Shown here: one piece after another, positions 1 through 13,902 of the stretch
How the letters are laid out: the number at the start of each line of letters is the position of its first letter
Numbering within the stretch: the first letter of the stretch is position 1
Origin: Octopus vulgaris
Taxonomy: Eukaryota
DNA: 64,000 nucleotides
Assembly (NCBI GenBank): GCA_951406725.2
Contig: OX597814.1
Span: 98,208,001 to 98,272,000 of the forward strand
Direction: 5' to 3'
Notes under the pieces: generated by a model
Databases searched by the model: none
The model's input: only the letters and a program-made list of their open reading frames with translations
What the model was told of the DNA's origin: nothing
Position numbers and translations under genes: made by a program

Positions 1-136
1 TTCACTGTTTGATTTGCCTAATAGTGGTTTTATCTCTAATTTAATATAATATATATATATTTATACTATAAAATTAGATTTAATCCTAAATCTAATTTTT
101 CCGTGTAAGTTTGGATTTACTCCCTAATATTATTAT

Positions 137-186
<50 letters not shown>

Positions 187-469
187 TGTCTGTGTGTGTC
201 CCCTATCACCGCTTGACAACCTGTCTGGTTGTGTTTACGTCTCCATAACCTAGCGGTTCAGCCTAACAGACTGATACAATAAGCATCAAGCTTTAAAAAA
301 AAAAAAGTACTGTCGTCGATTCGCTCGACTAACTTTCCTCAAGGCAGTGCTCCATCATGGCCGCAGTCTAATGACTGAAGGAAGTAGAAAATAAATGTAT
401 ATGAATAGCTCACATGAATAGCATACATACATAAACACATACATACTTGTATAATATCTATATAAGTGC

Positions 470-947
470 ATTTTTTTATTTATGCGCCCTTTTCAAGCCT
501 AGCCAGGCTCATGGGCCCGGTTTCGCGGTTTCTGTGGCGTATGTGTTTCCCCCAGCTAGACGGGATGCCAGTCCATCGCAGCGTTACTCATCGACTGGTC
601 TTTTACTCTCAGTTCCACTGAAACTGAGACCGTATGGCAGCACTTTGAGAACATTGTCACCTATACATGCTCAAAACACGCTCCTACAAAATCCACTAAC
701 ACAAACAGAAACCGGCTTCCTAAAAAGAAAAGAAAAACACTCATCAGGCGCATCAAACAGGAAGAAAGAGTGAGAGAAAGTAGGGGCGAAAGAGTACAAC
801 AGGGGTCTCCACCACCCCCTGCTGGAGCCTTGTGGAGCTTTAGGTGTTTTCGCTCAATAAACACACAACGCTCGGTCTGGGAATCGAAACCGCGATCCTC
901 CGACCGAGAGTCCGCTGCCCTAACTACTGGGCCATTGCGCCTCCACA
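470..947 (-). mobile_element. tRNA-derived SINE, apparently full length
   Basis: Minus strand begins GGAGGCGCAATGGCCCAGTAGTTAGG (A box) and GGTTTCGATTCCC (B box), and ends in an A-rich tail near 470. Confidence 0.75.
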
Positions 948-1027
948 TATAAGTGCATATACTCATATATATCGGCACACATGCATTTGCATCTCATTTT
1001 AAATGTCTTCTTAAGAAGTCATTTATT

Positions 1028-1242
1028 GAGGGCTGCTGAAATGCTCCTAGCTTTAAGTGTATCGTGAAAGGCCTAGTGGAAGCCCAAACTTCCAAGTTCT
1101 TTTACCGGACTAAGAAAAACTGAAGACCGCTGCAATAAGTATGTGAATCTGAGAGGGAAATATATTGAATAAAATTATAATGGACTGATCCACTTGTATT
1201 ATTTTTTAGCCAAAGCCAGGAACTTTTCAGCACCACCTTGTA
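1028..1242 (+). mobile_element. mariner-derived MITE (~215 bp)
   Basis: TIRs GAGGGCTGCTGAAA..CCTAGCTTT / AAAGCCAGGAACTTTTCAGCACC. Retains a mariner C-terminal coding remnant (EKLKDRCNK.VNLRG.Y.E*-like). Same family at 36043-36256 and 36319-36528. Confidence 0.7.
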
Positions 1243-1640
1243 TGCTGAAAAAAAAATTATCAAATAGAAAAATCAAACCATGGACGATACAAATTAAAAG
1301 AAATATTAGGGGAAAAAAGATAGATTTGCATGCGAAGGTATACAAGTACGTTGTAGAAACATTTTAGGCGGCAGAAGGTAAGTGAAATATAAGATGGAAA
1401 AGGGGTGGAGATAAATGATAGACTATGTAAATAGACAACCTGTGTCCTGAGATAGTAATACAGCTAGCAGCCACTTACAAATGTGTGTATCTTGATCATT
1501 TATACTATCTTTTCACTAACTGTTTTAGATACCTAAGAAAGCTGTGAGCGTCTACTTATACCATCTCGTCCCCTTCGTCTTTCAACCAGCGGAACATCGA
1601 AGCCGTTACAGCTGGAAAGAGAGAGAGAGAGAGAGAGATG

Positions 1641-1676
<36 letters not shown>

Positions 1677-2390
1677 AAGAGGGAAGGCTGCACCATCAGC
1701 CAACTGGTACTCAGCTGGTACACATCACAGCTGAGCGAAACAGGAAATGATGTACTTTACTCATGTATAGGTTGCTGGATATGACTTCAAACTGCATTTA
1801 GTAATAGAGCCCCGGTTCGGGAGTTCCAGGGTTTTGAAGGGTGTGTAATCACCTCTTAGCTACTATTGTTCCAAGGTCTACTCTGACCCCAGTGGTAGCA
1901 TTTGTCAGGGTCCCAGCTATGGGCTAATCAGCAAGTCAGTCAGGCAGATGGAACTAGTTGGCCTGAGTAGGGCCGCCTATCCTGGGGAAGCAAAACCCTG
2001 ATTCCAAACCTCTGCTGTCTTGCGGCCTTTCCTAGCCATACGAAAGTTTTCAGGAGTAAATTCCGAGGGAAAATAATCGCGAGTCGGAGTCCATGTGACA
2101 GTTCTACGTTGCCTACATCTTCATTCTGGAGCACCTCCTGTGACAATGCTCGTGCCAAATTATAACGATGGTGCTGTTTCGTTAACTCCATCAGTGACGT
2201 GGAGAGGCAACAAGCTGTCCTCCATATCATGCTACTCAGGCTGGGATCCGATGGAACACTTATGAATGAATACAATGCACTACACAACACAAGAACTGAA
2301 CCAGCAACCTTTTATGATCATATTTCGAACACTCTAACCACAAGGTTTTCATAGGTTGAAAATAGTGAGAGAAAAGAAGCGCCAGAAATG

Positions 2391-2565
2391 CCGTATTTAC
2401 TTGGGTAAAGTCGCACTATTTTATTAATTGATTTTAGGTTAAATAACTGGAGTGCCACTTCTACACGATGCAAAGCTGATATCAAGTCTTAATATGAAAG
2501 GGAAAATTTTATTCCGAGATTTGACTTTAAACTAGGTATGCGACTTACACACAAGTGAATATGGT
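2391..2565. mobile_element. Tc2/pogo-like MITE
   Basis: Imperfect TIRs CCGTATTTACTTGGGTAAAGTCGCA / TGCGACTTACACACAAGTGAATATGG, followed by TA. Confidence 0.55.
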
Positions 2566-3289
2566 ATATCAAGTAATTTTCAGTCTCAACATACCCCTTC
2601 TAGATTCCTATGTCAATATCTCAAAGCAGTTCTAAAAGATAATCTAGTCGGAGTCCCGACAAAAGTTACAGAAAAAATGTCACAATTTTAGTTAGAAAAA
2701 CTGAGGCACTGGAGAAAAGTAACATTTTATTTAAATACTATAAACAATTAAAATAATAAAACAAAAATAGTTTAAATCAGTTATTAGCTGACACGACATG
2801 ACTTTATATATAATGGCATTACACATATGTGAATAAAAAGGAGCTTTTATTTAATTTCTTAAGCAATAGAACAAAAATAAAAAGACAAAAAAAGAAAAGA
2901 AAAGGAAACGAAGTCGTTTATAGACAATACGTGTACAGATTGAAAATACTTTACATAGTATCGTGGCATTACAAGTATATTCAGTGTTTTAGTGCTGGTG
3001 ACAGACGAATATTCCTACCGACGCCAAGAAACTCTGCCACGCCTTGTTCCCCCATCGACGAATACACGAGTAATGAAGGAGTTCTTGTGGCTTCACATGG
3101 TGTCGACGAACTCTTCTTTGAGGTGGGTTACCAACAGCATCCTACTGGATAAGTGTGCTTGTCGTATGTGTTATTTATTTTCCCCCTTGGATTCAATCTA
3201 GCTTTTGCGTTCTCGCTCTATCTCTATCTCTAGTCATTTGTATGTCACTTTCTTCATTTATATTATCGTATTATTTATTATCTTTCTCT

Positions 3290-4364
3290 TCTCTGATAGT
3301 CAGTTGTGATCTGCCGTCCGAAGACGAGGTTCTTACGGCAGTAAATCAGCTGAACTGCAGGAAGGCAGCTGGGAAAATATTCAAGAAAAGTGGGCTTGCT
3401 GCAGTCATGTCCTTGCGACTGATGATCTGCTCAACCTGGAGCACTGGCATCATGCCGCCTGACTGCAACTGGGGCATAATTATCCAACTCTGGAAAGGTA
3501 AAGGTGGCCGCCACGACTGCAACAGCTATAGGGCTGTTACACTCCCGGTAAGGCCTTTGCCAGTGTCATCCCGAACAGAGTACGAAATCATCTGCTTGCG
3601 TCTCATCCGCCGGAGCAGTCAGGACTACCGCCAAAGCGGTAACTACTGAGAAGATCCTGGCTGTTCGTGTACTCATAGAATGCAAACAGAGCTTGCAAAC
3701 AATGAGTACCCTGTGTCTAACTCTGAAAGGTATTTGATTCTGTGGACGGAGGTATGCTTTGGAGGATTTTGGAGCTGCAAGGCATTCTTCCTCAACTTAT
3801 TGGGCTGATGATGGTCTTCTACACGGGAACAGTCAGTGCGATTCGGATTGAGGGCTCAGCATTTGACTTTTTCCCAGTTAGGTCGGGGTCTGTCAGGGTT
3901 GTCTTGGTTCTCACTCTGTTCAACGCCCGCATGGATGGTGGATCAATCGAGCTGTCGTGAACTCATTGGTGAAACTAAAATTACAGACCAAAATTTTGCT
4001 GATGATGCAGTTATTCTTGCTGAGTCTGTAGATGTCTTAAGGTTTGCTCTCCTTTCACTCAATGAAGAAGCGGAACTACTTAACCTTAGAGTTTCTTGGC
4101 TCAAGACAAAGATCCTATCTTTGTTGGCTTCTTGGAGGACTTCACCTCGTCTGTCTGTTGTGGGTGAGAAGGTCGAAGTTGTTGACTGCTTCACTTATCT
4201 TAGCAGCGTCAGAAGTATATAAAAAAAAAAACTTATAGGAGCTGATGCAGTTGAGGACGCATTGGACAAGGGTATCTGATGTTACCGATGTCTGCACAGG
4301 AGGACAAAGGTTCGGGTCTTTAGGTGTCTGGTCCTCCTTATTCTGCTCTATTGGTGTAAGACTG
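3290..4364 (+). pseudogene. Degraded RTE-clade LINE reverse transcriptase fragment
   Basis: Frameshifted motifs LWKGKG.R.DCNSYRAVTL, FADD, LRVSWLKTKI, VEVVDCFTYL and RTKVRVFRCLV..LLY. Confidence 0.85.
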
Positions 4365-5361
4365 TCCGGGACGCGAACTCTTTTTCCAACGACAGTTCCG
4401 GACCCCAGCACAGTACTCATTTGCATACAGCCAATCAGAGCTCGAGTTAACAAATGTTGGGGTTCAAAATCGCAAACTCCGATTACCATGCGAATTTTTT
4501 TATATTGTGCTCTCATTCAGATGCCAATATCATCGATACTGAACACATACTCTTGTTAGCGGTAGGTTTGAATTACTATAGCAACCAAAGATGCTTTGAA
4601 CGAATATGAAAGTACGGAAATTGCTTGAAGGTTTTATAAATACACTGTTGTAAATATTCTGAAAATAGCACTCCACCACGGTAGACTTTGCCTTTCATCC
4701 TTTCGGGGTCGATAAATTTAAGTACCAGTTGCGTACTGGGTCGATCTAATCGACTGGTCCCCCCCAAAAATAAATTTCGGGCCTTGTACCTGGAGTTGAA
4801 AACAATATTTGCAAACAACGTGTTATGTCTACGCTAATTTTATTTCATGTAAATAAATCTTATTTAGCTGTAAATTTTAGCACACCTTACAACCACCTGC
4901 GTTTATTGCAAATGTGATAAACAACACATTACAAGCGATAAGCGCATTACAATTTTCAACAGAAAGATTTAGAAGAATTAGATGAAACGTCTCCTGTAAT
5001 TTTCCTTTCATGTAAATAAATGTTTATGTTAATTTAAAAGAGAAAAACAGTTTTAAATCACTGCTTGAGATGTTGGCAAATAAACTTTAATTTAAAAGAT
5101 TTATCCAAAAATTTTTATTTAGCTGTTATTTTTAGCACACCTCACAGCAATCGCAATGATCAATGACAAAAAGAAACAAACATCGACCTAGGTGAAGTTG
5201 CTGTCTGCCAGTAGAGAGGGAAAGAGTAAAGAATGCACGGTGCTGATTAGCAAGGAAGAAAGGATAAAGGTGGCTCTGCTCTGATTGGCTATATACAAAT
5301 GAGTTCATTACTGGAGTCCAGAACTCTCGTGGGAAAAAAAGAAAGAATTTCGCGTCCGGGA
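4365..5361. mobile_element. Non-autonomous DNA transposon with ~75-85 bp TIRs, adjoining the end of the RTE remnant
   Basis: 4365-4441 (CCGGGACGCGAA..CTCATTTGCATACAGCCAATCAGAGC) is the imperfect reverse complement of 5278-5361. A SINE fragment is nested at ~4670-4805. Confidence 0.65.
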
Positions 5362-5954
5362 TCCTGAACTACTTTGTCGCCTGAACTACTTTGTTAGCCT
5401 GTCGCTTTGCAGGATTACGGGCTACCATTGGTCGGATTTAATATCCAACCAACAACCGGGATACGTCCTGTTACTCGTATGATTCGGAAGTGTCAGCTCA
5501 TACTGTCTGGAGACTCGCTACAACGGCGGGCGCATTCTCCAACACCTTATCGAACCTCTTCTCCTCACTATTTCTTTCTATTGTTTTACTCACTTTTCAT
5601 AGAATACATCTCTTATAATATATACTTCTACGTACATATACACTTAGTTTTTCTCTTTCCGTTCATTTTTTTTTCCTATCTCGTATCATCTGCAATTTAT
5701 TAGTCATCATTTATATAAATATATTTTTTTAATCTTTTATCTGAAACGGGTTTTCGTAAATGAAATTAAAAATAATATTAGATACATACATGTATCCATA
5801 TGTATATTCACGTGGGCGCTGCATGTGCATGTGTACTGTGTGTATGCAGCTGTATGTGCTCGTATATGTGTGCATCTGTGTGTGTATATATATGCTTGAG
5901 TGTGCGCATACGCACGTTCGAACGGATGTGTACCAATTCTTTAAGATATATATG

Positions 5955-5993
<39 letters not shown>

Positions 5994-6054
5994 GTATATA
6001 TATATAAACTCCGCGTTGGAGGGTTTAAAGGCATAAAGAAAAAATATATATATA

Positions 6055-6109
<55 letters not shown>

Positions 6110-7292
6110 AGTGTGTGTGTATGTGTAAGTGGGTGTATATACATATATATGTATATATATATATGTATGTGTGTATGTATGCGCGCGCGACGTGTGCGTG
6201 TGTGTGTGTAAATATGGAATGTTAAGTTGCTCTAACAGCTGGTAACATTAATTCAGAAAAAGCCGCTATACATGCTTAGATACATACATACATACATACA
6301 TACGTTCATACATACATACATACATACATACATACATACATACATACATACATACATACATACATACGTTCATACATACATACATACATACATACATACA
6401 TACATACATACATACATTCACAAATACGCACACATATCACACACACATACGCACACATAGGTGCAGGCGTTGTTGTGCGGTAAGAAGCTTGCTTTCGAAT
6501 TATGTACTTCCGAGTTGAGTCACATGACTTGCCACTTTGGAAAAGTGCCTTTTAGTTTAGTTCCGATTCGACTAAAGCCTTGTTTAGCGGATTTAGTAGA
6601 CGGAAACTGAAAGATTTTTTGAAATATGTTAAAGAATGAAAATTAATATATTTATTTCGTCTAAGCTGACCATGTCACAATTTCCAAGAAATTGACAGAA
6701 CAAGTTGTAAGGGTTAGTGTTCGGAGCTATCTCAACAGATTTACTACCCGCATACCTAAGAGATACAGCATGATATGCAACCACTTGTATTATAACTAAT
6801 ACAATACAAAAAGTTTCTTTCTGATTTAATATTTTTTAACTTTCTGTTATGTCGCACATTCGGATGCCTCTACTACTCAACTCTACTCTGACCTAGTCTA
6901 CCTTAACGTCTAAACTTCTCTCTCTATATCTATGCATTGGGCTAGCCTACATCATCGTCTGGGGGCGTCCACACAATGCTTTCCAAAGACGTTCTGTAGT
7001 GTGAGCAAATCCGGATTGTACTAAATATAGAAGAAATATGGTTGTTCTGAAAATCATGCATCCTTGTTGAAAACCACGCGTACCTGAATGTTTTTAAGTG
7101 AAATAGATGCGACAGATATATAGGATGGGGCGTGTTTGTTGTACCAAAGTTTGTTAATCTATGTGTTTGAAGTTCTGGATTTGTTACTTCTTGTATTGTT
7201 AGTATCACATTATGCGTCGGTGGTTTTCTCGGTTTTGATTGAAACGCAAAGTGATGATGGGAGTGTACGTTTGATGTGCTTCGTTCTTTAAT

Positions 7293-7655
7293 TCTTTTAC
7301 TTGTTTCAATCATTTGCCTGCGGTCATGCTGGAGCGCGGCCTTTAGTCGAGCAAATCGACTCGAAGACTTATTCTTTATAAGCCTAGTACTTATTCTATC
7401 GTTCTCTTTTGCCGAACCGCTAAGTTACGGAGGACGTAAGCACACCAGCATCGGTTTTCAAGCGATATTGGACACACACACACACAGACATATGTACGAC
7501 GGGCTTCTTTCAGTTTCTGTCTACCAAATCCACTCATAAGGCTTTGGTCGGCCCGAGGCTATTGTAGAAGACACTTGCCCAAGGTATCACGCAGTGGGAC
7601 TGAACCAGGAACCATGTGGTTGGTAAGCAAGTTACTTACCACACAGCCACTCCTG
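7293..7655 (-). mobile_element. tRNA-derived SINE family A (with internal TA/TG microsatellite)
   Basis: Head CAGGAGTGGCTGTGTGGTAAG..GGTTCAGTCCC and tail GAAACAAGTAAAAG. Many similar copies in the window. Confidence 0.85.
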
Positions 7656-7885
7656 TTGTTTGTGAATCTTTGATATCTAGGTGTCTTGTTACTCTGAGCT
7701 GTCCTTCATTCTCTTAAGTTTCAACTTGCTTTTTTTCCGGGGTGGCGGTGGGGGTGGGGTGTCAGTAAATATGACGGTGCGTTATTGTAGATATGAGTTG
7801 TTTTGACTCTTATTTCTAGCAATACTGGTACTAAATATATTTTTACTTTTCGGTTGAAAAATTGCTAACAAGTACCCCTTATTAT

Positions 7886-7968
7886 TTAGCTTAAAAAGTT
7901 TAGAGCAACGCGACGCGTAGTCACGGAGGTGTGAGTTCGAGTCTCATAGCCGGCTGCCAACACTTTTT
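7886..7968 (+). pseudogene. tRNA-like pseudogene or SINE head
   Basis: D-arm TAGCTT..GAGC, T-arm GTGAG-TTCGAGT-CTCAT, ends GCCA followed by a T-run. The 5' acceptor strand is not recoverable. Confidence 0.4.
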
Positions 7969-8129
7969 TCTGCAAAATAGAGATAGCTTATCCTGTTCAG
8001 GCTATATTATTAGCATTATCCTGCGTTTGAGAACTTAAAATCACTTTTTTAACTTCCTAAGACATCTCAACGCTTCTAAAGCAAACTGCGTTTGTTTGTT
8101 TACGTTCATCGTAATTTGAATTTATATAG

Positions 8130-8974
8130 CAGTGGGGAAGCATCATAGCCATGTGTTGAGAGGAATTCTTTGGAGTTTGGATAATTCACCTCAAGGAACA
8201 AGGCTGTTTCGTTCATTATCCTTAAAAACTCTTTTTCAGGGACCTTTTGAGCGGGATGAGCTACTCAACCTGAGGAAAATTCTAGCTGGGCCTCACCTGC
8301 AAGGTCATGTGAAATTTATCTTGATATGAGATCACTATGTCACGTACATATGGTTGTGATGCATGTGCCTGGTGTAACCTTATCAAACGGGTAGTCATGA
8401 TGGGTATACTGGGCTTTGTATATTTTACCCCAGTGCCACTTTGATGGCATGCATTGCCCTCTCACTCAATAATAATGCTCTCTCACTCAATAATAATGAC
8501 GACGACAACAACAACAACAACAACAATAATAAGGACAATAAATGTCTCGATACAGTACCAGGCAGTTGCTTGACTTTAACTAGTTGAGCATGTCCCTTAG
8601 TGGCTGACGATATGTGCATTTCTGATCACGAGCAGAAGTAGTGGGGGAGCATCATAGCCATGTGTTGAGAAGAATTCTCTGGAGTTTGGATAATTCATCT
8701 TTGGAAATGTGGGTGTTTCGTTCAATATTCTTAAACAACCCTTATTCTGGGACCTTTTGAGAGGGATGGGCTACTCGACCTGAAGAAAATTCTAACTGGG
8801 CCCCACCTGCAAGGTCAAGTGCTGTTTATCTTGATATGAGATCACTATGTCGCGCACATATGGTTGTGAGGCATGTTCCTGGTGTACCCTTAGACGAGTA
8901 GTCATGATGGGTATACTGGGCTTCGTATATTTTACCCCAGTGTCACTTTGATGGCATGCACTGCTCTCTCACTC

Positions 8975-8975
<1 letters not shown>
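8130..8975 (+). mobile_element. Two tandem 5'-truncated copies of a non-coding retroposon ending CTCTCTCACTC-(AAT/AAC)n
   Basis: 8130-8470 matches 8640-8975. Further copies at 23652-23852 and 24190-24614. Confidence 0.75.
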
Positions 8976-9010
<35 letters not shown>

Positions 9011-9037
9011 AATGATAATAATAATAATAATAATAAC

Positions 9038-9260
9038 CTAGCTATTGAATAACAGAGACTATGGAAAATGCGGTTAAAATGTATCCCAGTAGTTATAGGT
9101 GAATTGGAATCTATTCCTAAAGATCTGAACAGACAGATAGAAATAGGCATAAAGCTCAGTTTTGTACAGCTCCAGAAAACAGTGCTATTAGGGACAGCTA
9201 GGATAATTAAGAGTGTTCTTGGCATCTAAGGTTACTTGTTGAGCACGATGTTAGGATTTT
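9038..9260 (+). pseudogene. R4/Dong-like LINE 3' fragment (RLE domain end)
   Basis: Translates ..RLWKMRLKCIPVVIG..LQKTVLLGTARIIKSVLGI*. Preceded by (TAA)n. Confidence 0.75.
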
Positions 9261-9301
9261 TTTCTTTTCCAAATATCTAATCTATTGTGTGTATATGAAA
9301 A

Positions 9302-9424
<123 letters not shown>

Positions 9425-9426
9425 AT

Positions 9427-9461
<35 letters not shown>

Positions 9462-9533
9462 ATAATAATAATAATGATGATGATGATAATAATAATAATA
9501 ATAATAATGATAATAATAATAATAATAATAATG

Positions 9534-9574
<41 letters not shown>

Positions 9575-9790
9575 CCTTTCTACTATAGGCACAAGGCCTG
9601 AAATTTATGGGGAGGGAGCAGTCGATTACATCGACCACAATACTTGACTGCTACTTAATTTATCGACCCCGATAGGATGAAAGGCAACGTCGACCTTGGC
9701 GGAATATGTACTCAGAACGTAAAGACAGACGAAATCCTGCTGAGTATTTCGCCCGGCGTGCTAACGATTATGCCAGCTCGTGGCCTTAAA
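9575..9790 (-). mobile_element. tRNA-derived SINE family B
   Basis: Minus strand GGC..CGAGCTGGCA..GTTAGCACG head and TTGCCTTTCATCC..GGGGTCGATAAATTAAGTA core. Confidence 0.8.
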
Positions 9791-9842
9791 TAACAACAAC
9801 AACAACAACAACAAGAACAACAAGACCAACAATAATATTAAT

Positions 9843-10330
9843 GATTTCTTTATTAACAGTACAGGACAAAAGAAAAAATGTGTGTGTTGTGGGGATTTTG
9901 TGTGTGAACAAGACTAACAAGACTTTTTAAAATCAACAATGCGTGTTCCTCAATGGGGAGGAGACGATCGAGGGCTGCTCATGGAAAAAACCCATAAAAA
10001 ACCATGGGTACCCTGACTTTTGGGGCAGGTGCCGTTTTTCCTTTCCCATTCACTCATACCATTCTCGCCACTTTCATCCACCTTTCAGCAAGCTGGCTAG
10101 AAGACAACATTTCCCTCTTTATTATTACTTTCCTTTTCAAGTGAAACTTGAAGAAGTTCCTCAGGGATTGACCAAAGAGAAAAGAGTTTGTTTTCAGCCC
10201 TTTCAATCTCGTCCACCATACAATCTCTTTCGCCATGTCCACCAGGCATATAAAAACAGCCTTCCCTTCCCAGTTAAAGGAGGGCGGCGGGACGATCTTC
10301 ACGATGGATTCAGTTGACAGCCTTGGTGAT
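9843..10330 (-). pseudogene. Tx1/L1-like LINE 3' fragment
   Basis: MAKEIVWWTRLKGL..FKFHLKRKV is homologous to 55960-56200. Shares the 3' end TTGTCC..AATAAAGAAA. Confidence 0.75.
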
Positions 10331-10673
10331 ATTCCCTCGAAAATCTCTGACCTCCCGTGGGAATTGGGTTTTTAAGCGCATGTATGTGTTTTGTGTTGTT
10401 TGAATGCTTTGTATGTGTGCATGTAGGGAGATTGTGGGTATGACAAAATCGTCTGTTGTAATGTTTGTGTGAGTTATTATGTACTTCACTCATTCATTGC
10501 TTTTGTGCTTATTGCCATGTAGTTTGTAATGTTTATTTCTTTAATTTGTGTTTGTTGTTGTTGTTTCTGTTGCTGTGGTTGTTGTTGTTGTTGTGGTGGC
10601 GGTGGTAGTGGTTGTGGTTGTGATTGTTGTTGCGGTTGCGTGTGTGGAATGTATTGGGTGTATTTTTTGTTGT

Positions 10674-10713
<40 letters not shown>

Positions 10714-10732
10714 AATAATAATAATAACAATA

Positions 10733-10796
<64 letters not shown>

Positions 10797-10797
<1 letters not shown>

Positions 10798-11131
10798 GTG
10801 TCTCTAAAAGAAATGGAGAAACTTTCAAAATACAAAGACCTGGAAATAGAGGTAACCAGAATGTGGAATCTAAAAACAGAAACAATCCCTATCATAGTAG
10901 GTGCATTAGGCATGATAAAAAAATATTCAGACAAATACATAACAAAAACACCAGGACTTACAAACACATATAACATACAGAAAATTGCACTACTAGGCAC
11001 TGCACACATCCTACGCAGAACACTTTCCATACAATAACCATCAGAGCATCACAACAAATCACAGCACATACCTAAGGCACACAGAGCTGCGCTCGGTAGT
11101 GAAGTGAAAGCACGCTATAAAAATAAAACTA

Positions 11132-11135
<4 letters not shown>
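10797..11135 (+). pseudogene. R4/Dong-like LINE, severely 5'-truncated, inside (TAA)n
   Basis: EKLSKYKDLEIEVTRMW..TIPIIVGALG..QKIALLGTAHILR, then a 3' UTR. TAA repeats on both sides. Confidence 0.85.
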
Positions 11136-11210
<75 letters not shown>

Positions 11211-11308
11211 TTAATGAAGTAATAATAATAATAATAGTAATATTAATGAAGTGATAATAACCGCAAGATCGTTGATGATTCTAAACAAAAGACATTTTGT
11301 CATTAATA

Positions 11309-11944
11309 CGAGGTCTGATCAAGAAGTATCCGGACTGTTGCCATAGTAACGAAGCTAAAGCACGTAGAGTAATGCCGCTTGGCAAAGACTCACTTTGAAC
11401 TCAGGAGACCTGCAACCAGCAGAACTGAGAAAAACATCACAGATGTACGTGCAGCTGTGAGGGAAATCGTCGAATCACTATCCGTGAGTTATTAGAGGAT
11501 GAGCAGATTAGTCACGGTTCAGTCCATTATCACTAAAGATTTGGACATGAGACGCGTGTCTGCCAAGTTTGTCCTAAAACTGCTTTCAGCTGACCAAAAA
11601 GATACTCGGGTTTCAGTTGCACAAGATCTCCTTGATTGTGTCGAGAACGATGAAAACTTTTAAAAAAAACTTTGCGTAGGCCTCTGAGCAGGTATCGCTA
11701 AGCTTTTGGCAAAATTTAACGCAGATTCTCTGCTCAACGTTCTCTGTTATGGTTAATGCCACGATCACACGTCACACACCTTCATTCCAAGCACTGCTGG
11801 AAACAGCAGAAGTGAACCAGAACGTTAACACTTAGTGCCTATGCACAGCAGAGTGCAAGATCAATCTGTGCCAAACGGCTTTAATCCGCGTGCTTTAGCC
11901 CCGTTACTATGGCAACAGTCCAGGCACTTATTGATCAGACCAAG
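11309..11944 (+). mobile_element. Internally deleted mariner transposon
   Basis: ~70 bp TIRs (CGAGGTCTGATCAA..CCGGACTGTTGCCATAGTAACG) and a TA 5' flank. Frameshifted remnant RPATSRTEKNI..RRITIREL..DLDMRRVSAKFV.KLL. Confidence 0.85.
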
Positions 11945-13817
11945 GACACTTGATCTGATGAAGTTACAAGTCAAATTTAGATTTAGTTCCAGGGGTGGAG
12001 TAAGTTTAAAAAGTTTGTCATTTTGTATCTGTTGTGCGTGCGTGTGTGTGTGTGTGTGTGTGTGTTATAAACCATACTCATATAGTACACATATAAACAC
12101 GCATCATTTATCATGTGGTAATATGAGCTGACGTGTAAGGAGATGGAAGAAAAATGAGAACAGGGTCGTTGATAATTCTAGACAAAAGACATTTTGTCAT
12201 TAATACACTTGGGTTGATGAGCTTACTAGTCAAATTTAGACATAGTCCCTGGGGTGTAGCAAATTTAATGCGTTTGCTGTTTTGTATCTTTTGTTGTATG
12301 TGTGTGAAATATATGTTTTTAGTGTGTGTGAATAAGAAATATATATAACCTACATATAAAGAGACAGGAAATTAAAATTAGGGGTAGGGAAAAGATAAAG
12401 GTAACCTGAAAAGAGAGGATAATAGGTATGGAAGTAGTGAGGGCAGTTACAGGTATTGAAACCGAAGAGGCTTTACAAGTTGTAATATTACAGGTGTTAT
12501 TGTATGTATGATTTTATAGTTTCTGGATGGGGTATATGATTTAGTCAAAGGGAGACTTACTTGTCAAAGGGAGACTTACTTTCATAAAGTCATTACAAAT
12601 ATACATAATATGACCATAGGTTATATATATTTCTTCTTATTTTCTATAAATTCTTATTATTTTGTTTTCTTATTTTGATATCCTTACTTATTAACTTCTT
12701 ATCCCTTATAAATTGTTATTTTTCTTGTTCTTAAATTGATATTTTTCAGTTACTTAGGTCTATGCAAGACACATACTATATTCATACAAGCGTATAAATA
12801 TTTGTGTATATGTATATATATGCATATATATATATGTATATATATATATATATGTGTGTGTGTATGCATGTATATATATAAAGAACTCTCTTTGTATATG
12901 TATCTGTATGCATCATTTTACACAAACTTATATCAGCTTTACACATCATACTTTACACATTCTTATATCAGCACATTTTTCGAGTATTATATTTTTCATA
13001 CTTTAGATTTTATAATTTTTGTTTAAATATGTCTATATATTACCTTTATCTCAATTTTCTGCTTCTGATTCATGGCTTAAAATTAATAGATAATATGTAT
13101 ATCTTTCCAGATATTCCATATGTAAGTGCCTTGAGCAGTCTTTATAGAAACCACCTATAAATTAAGCACCAAGAATTGGTATTAAACTAATTCTACATAA
13201 TCTTCCGCTTTAATGTTTATAATTAATACATACACGCATTTTAGCTATTTTGGTTATGATATCATTTTGGAATTCTTAAATAAATTTTATACAACATAAT
13301 AATATTGTTTATAAACGTTCCCCCATCGTGCTCCTAATAAATCTTCCCAGTATTAGCATCTTAACTTTCTTAGTATCTTGCCCCTTTAACTGGTAATTAA
13401 CATCATGATATAAAGTCTACCCCAACGCTGCCTCTTTTTATAGACAGTTACTTCTATCAAATTGACCCTTCCTAATGTCTTATTTTCTTTCTCTTAGGGA
13501 AAAGGGAAACCTATGATATTTATAACTTTGCCTAGCCATGAGCTGTCAACTCACTCTTGTTCTTTATTCAAAAGAGACAGTCTTCTAGTCTCAGATTTAA
13601 TAGATGATAAAGAGATAAATAAATTAGAAATGAATAACAACCCTTACAACCCTATGACTTCAGTATGGTCCATGTGATTCTATGAAATTGTAGTCTATTC
13701 TTAGCCACTTTGCTAAAATAGCGACAACATGAATTTCTTCCATCTTCTTACTCTCTTAATATATTTAAGAAAAATTATATTAATGTGTCCTATTTGTTAA
13801 AAAAATCCTATATTTTG

Positions 13818-13902
13818 TGCAGCTGAAGATAACACTGTATTTAATTGATGTAATGATTGCATTGTTCAATTAAATTGAACCACTTGAAACAGTCGTACTG
13901 CA
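13818..13902 (+). ncRNA. Type I hammerhead ribozyme motif with long stem II
   Basis: Stem I TGCAG/CTGCA, core CTGAAGA..GAAA, stem III AC-agtc-GT then A (GUA site). Stem II contains TTTAATTGA/TCAATTAAA. Confidence 0.7.

Noticed and set aside
6942-7313. 123-aa minus-strand ORF
   Set aside because: It starts in a SINE tail and has no recognisable motif.
8604-8645. CTGACGA motif in the TAA-associated retroposon (also 23799 and, as CTGAGGA, 24248)
   Set aside because: No GAAA/NUH or closing stems in hammerhead geometry.
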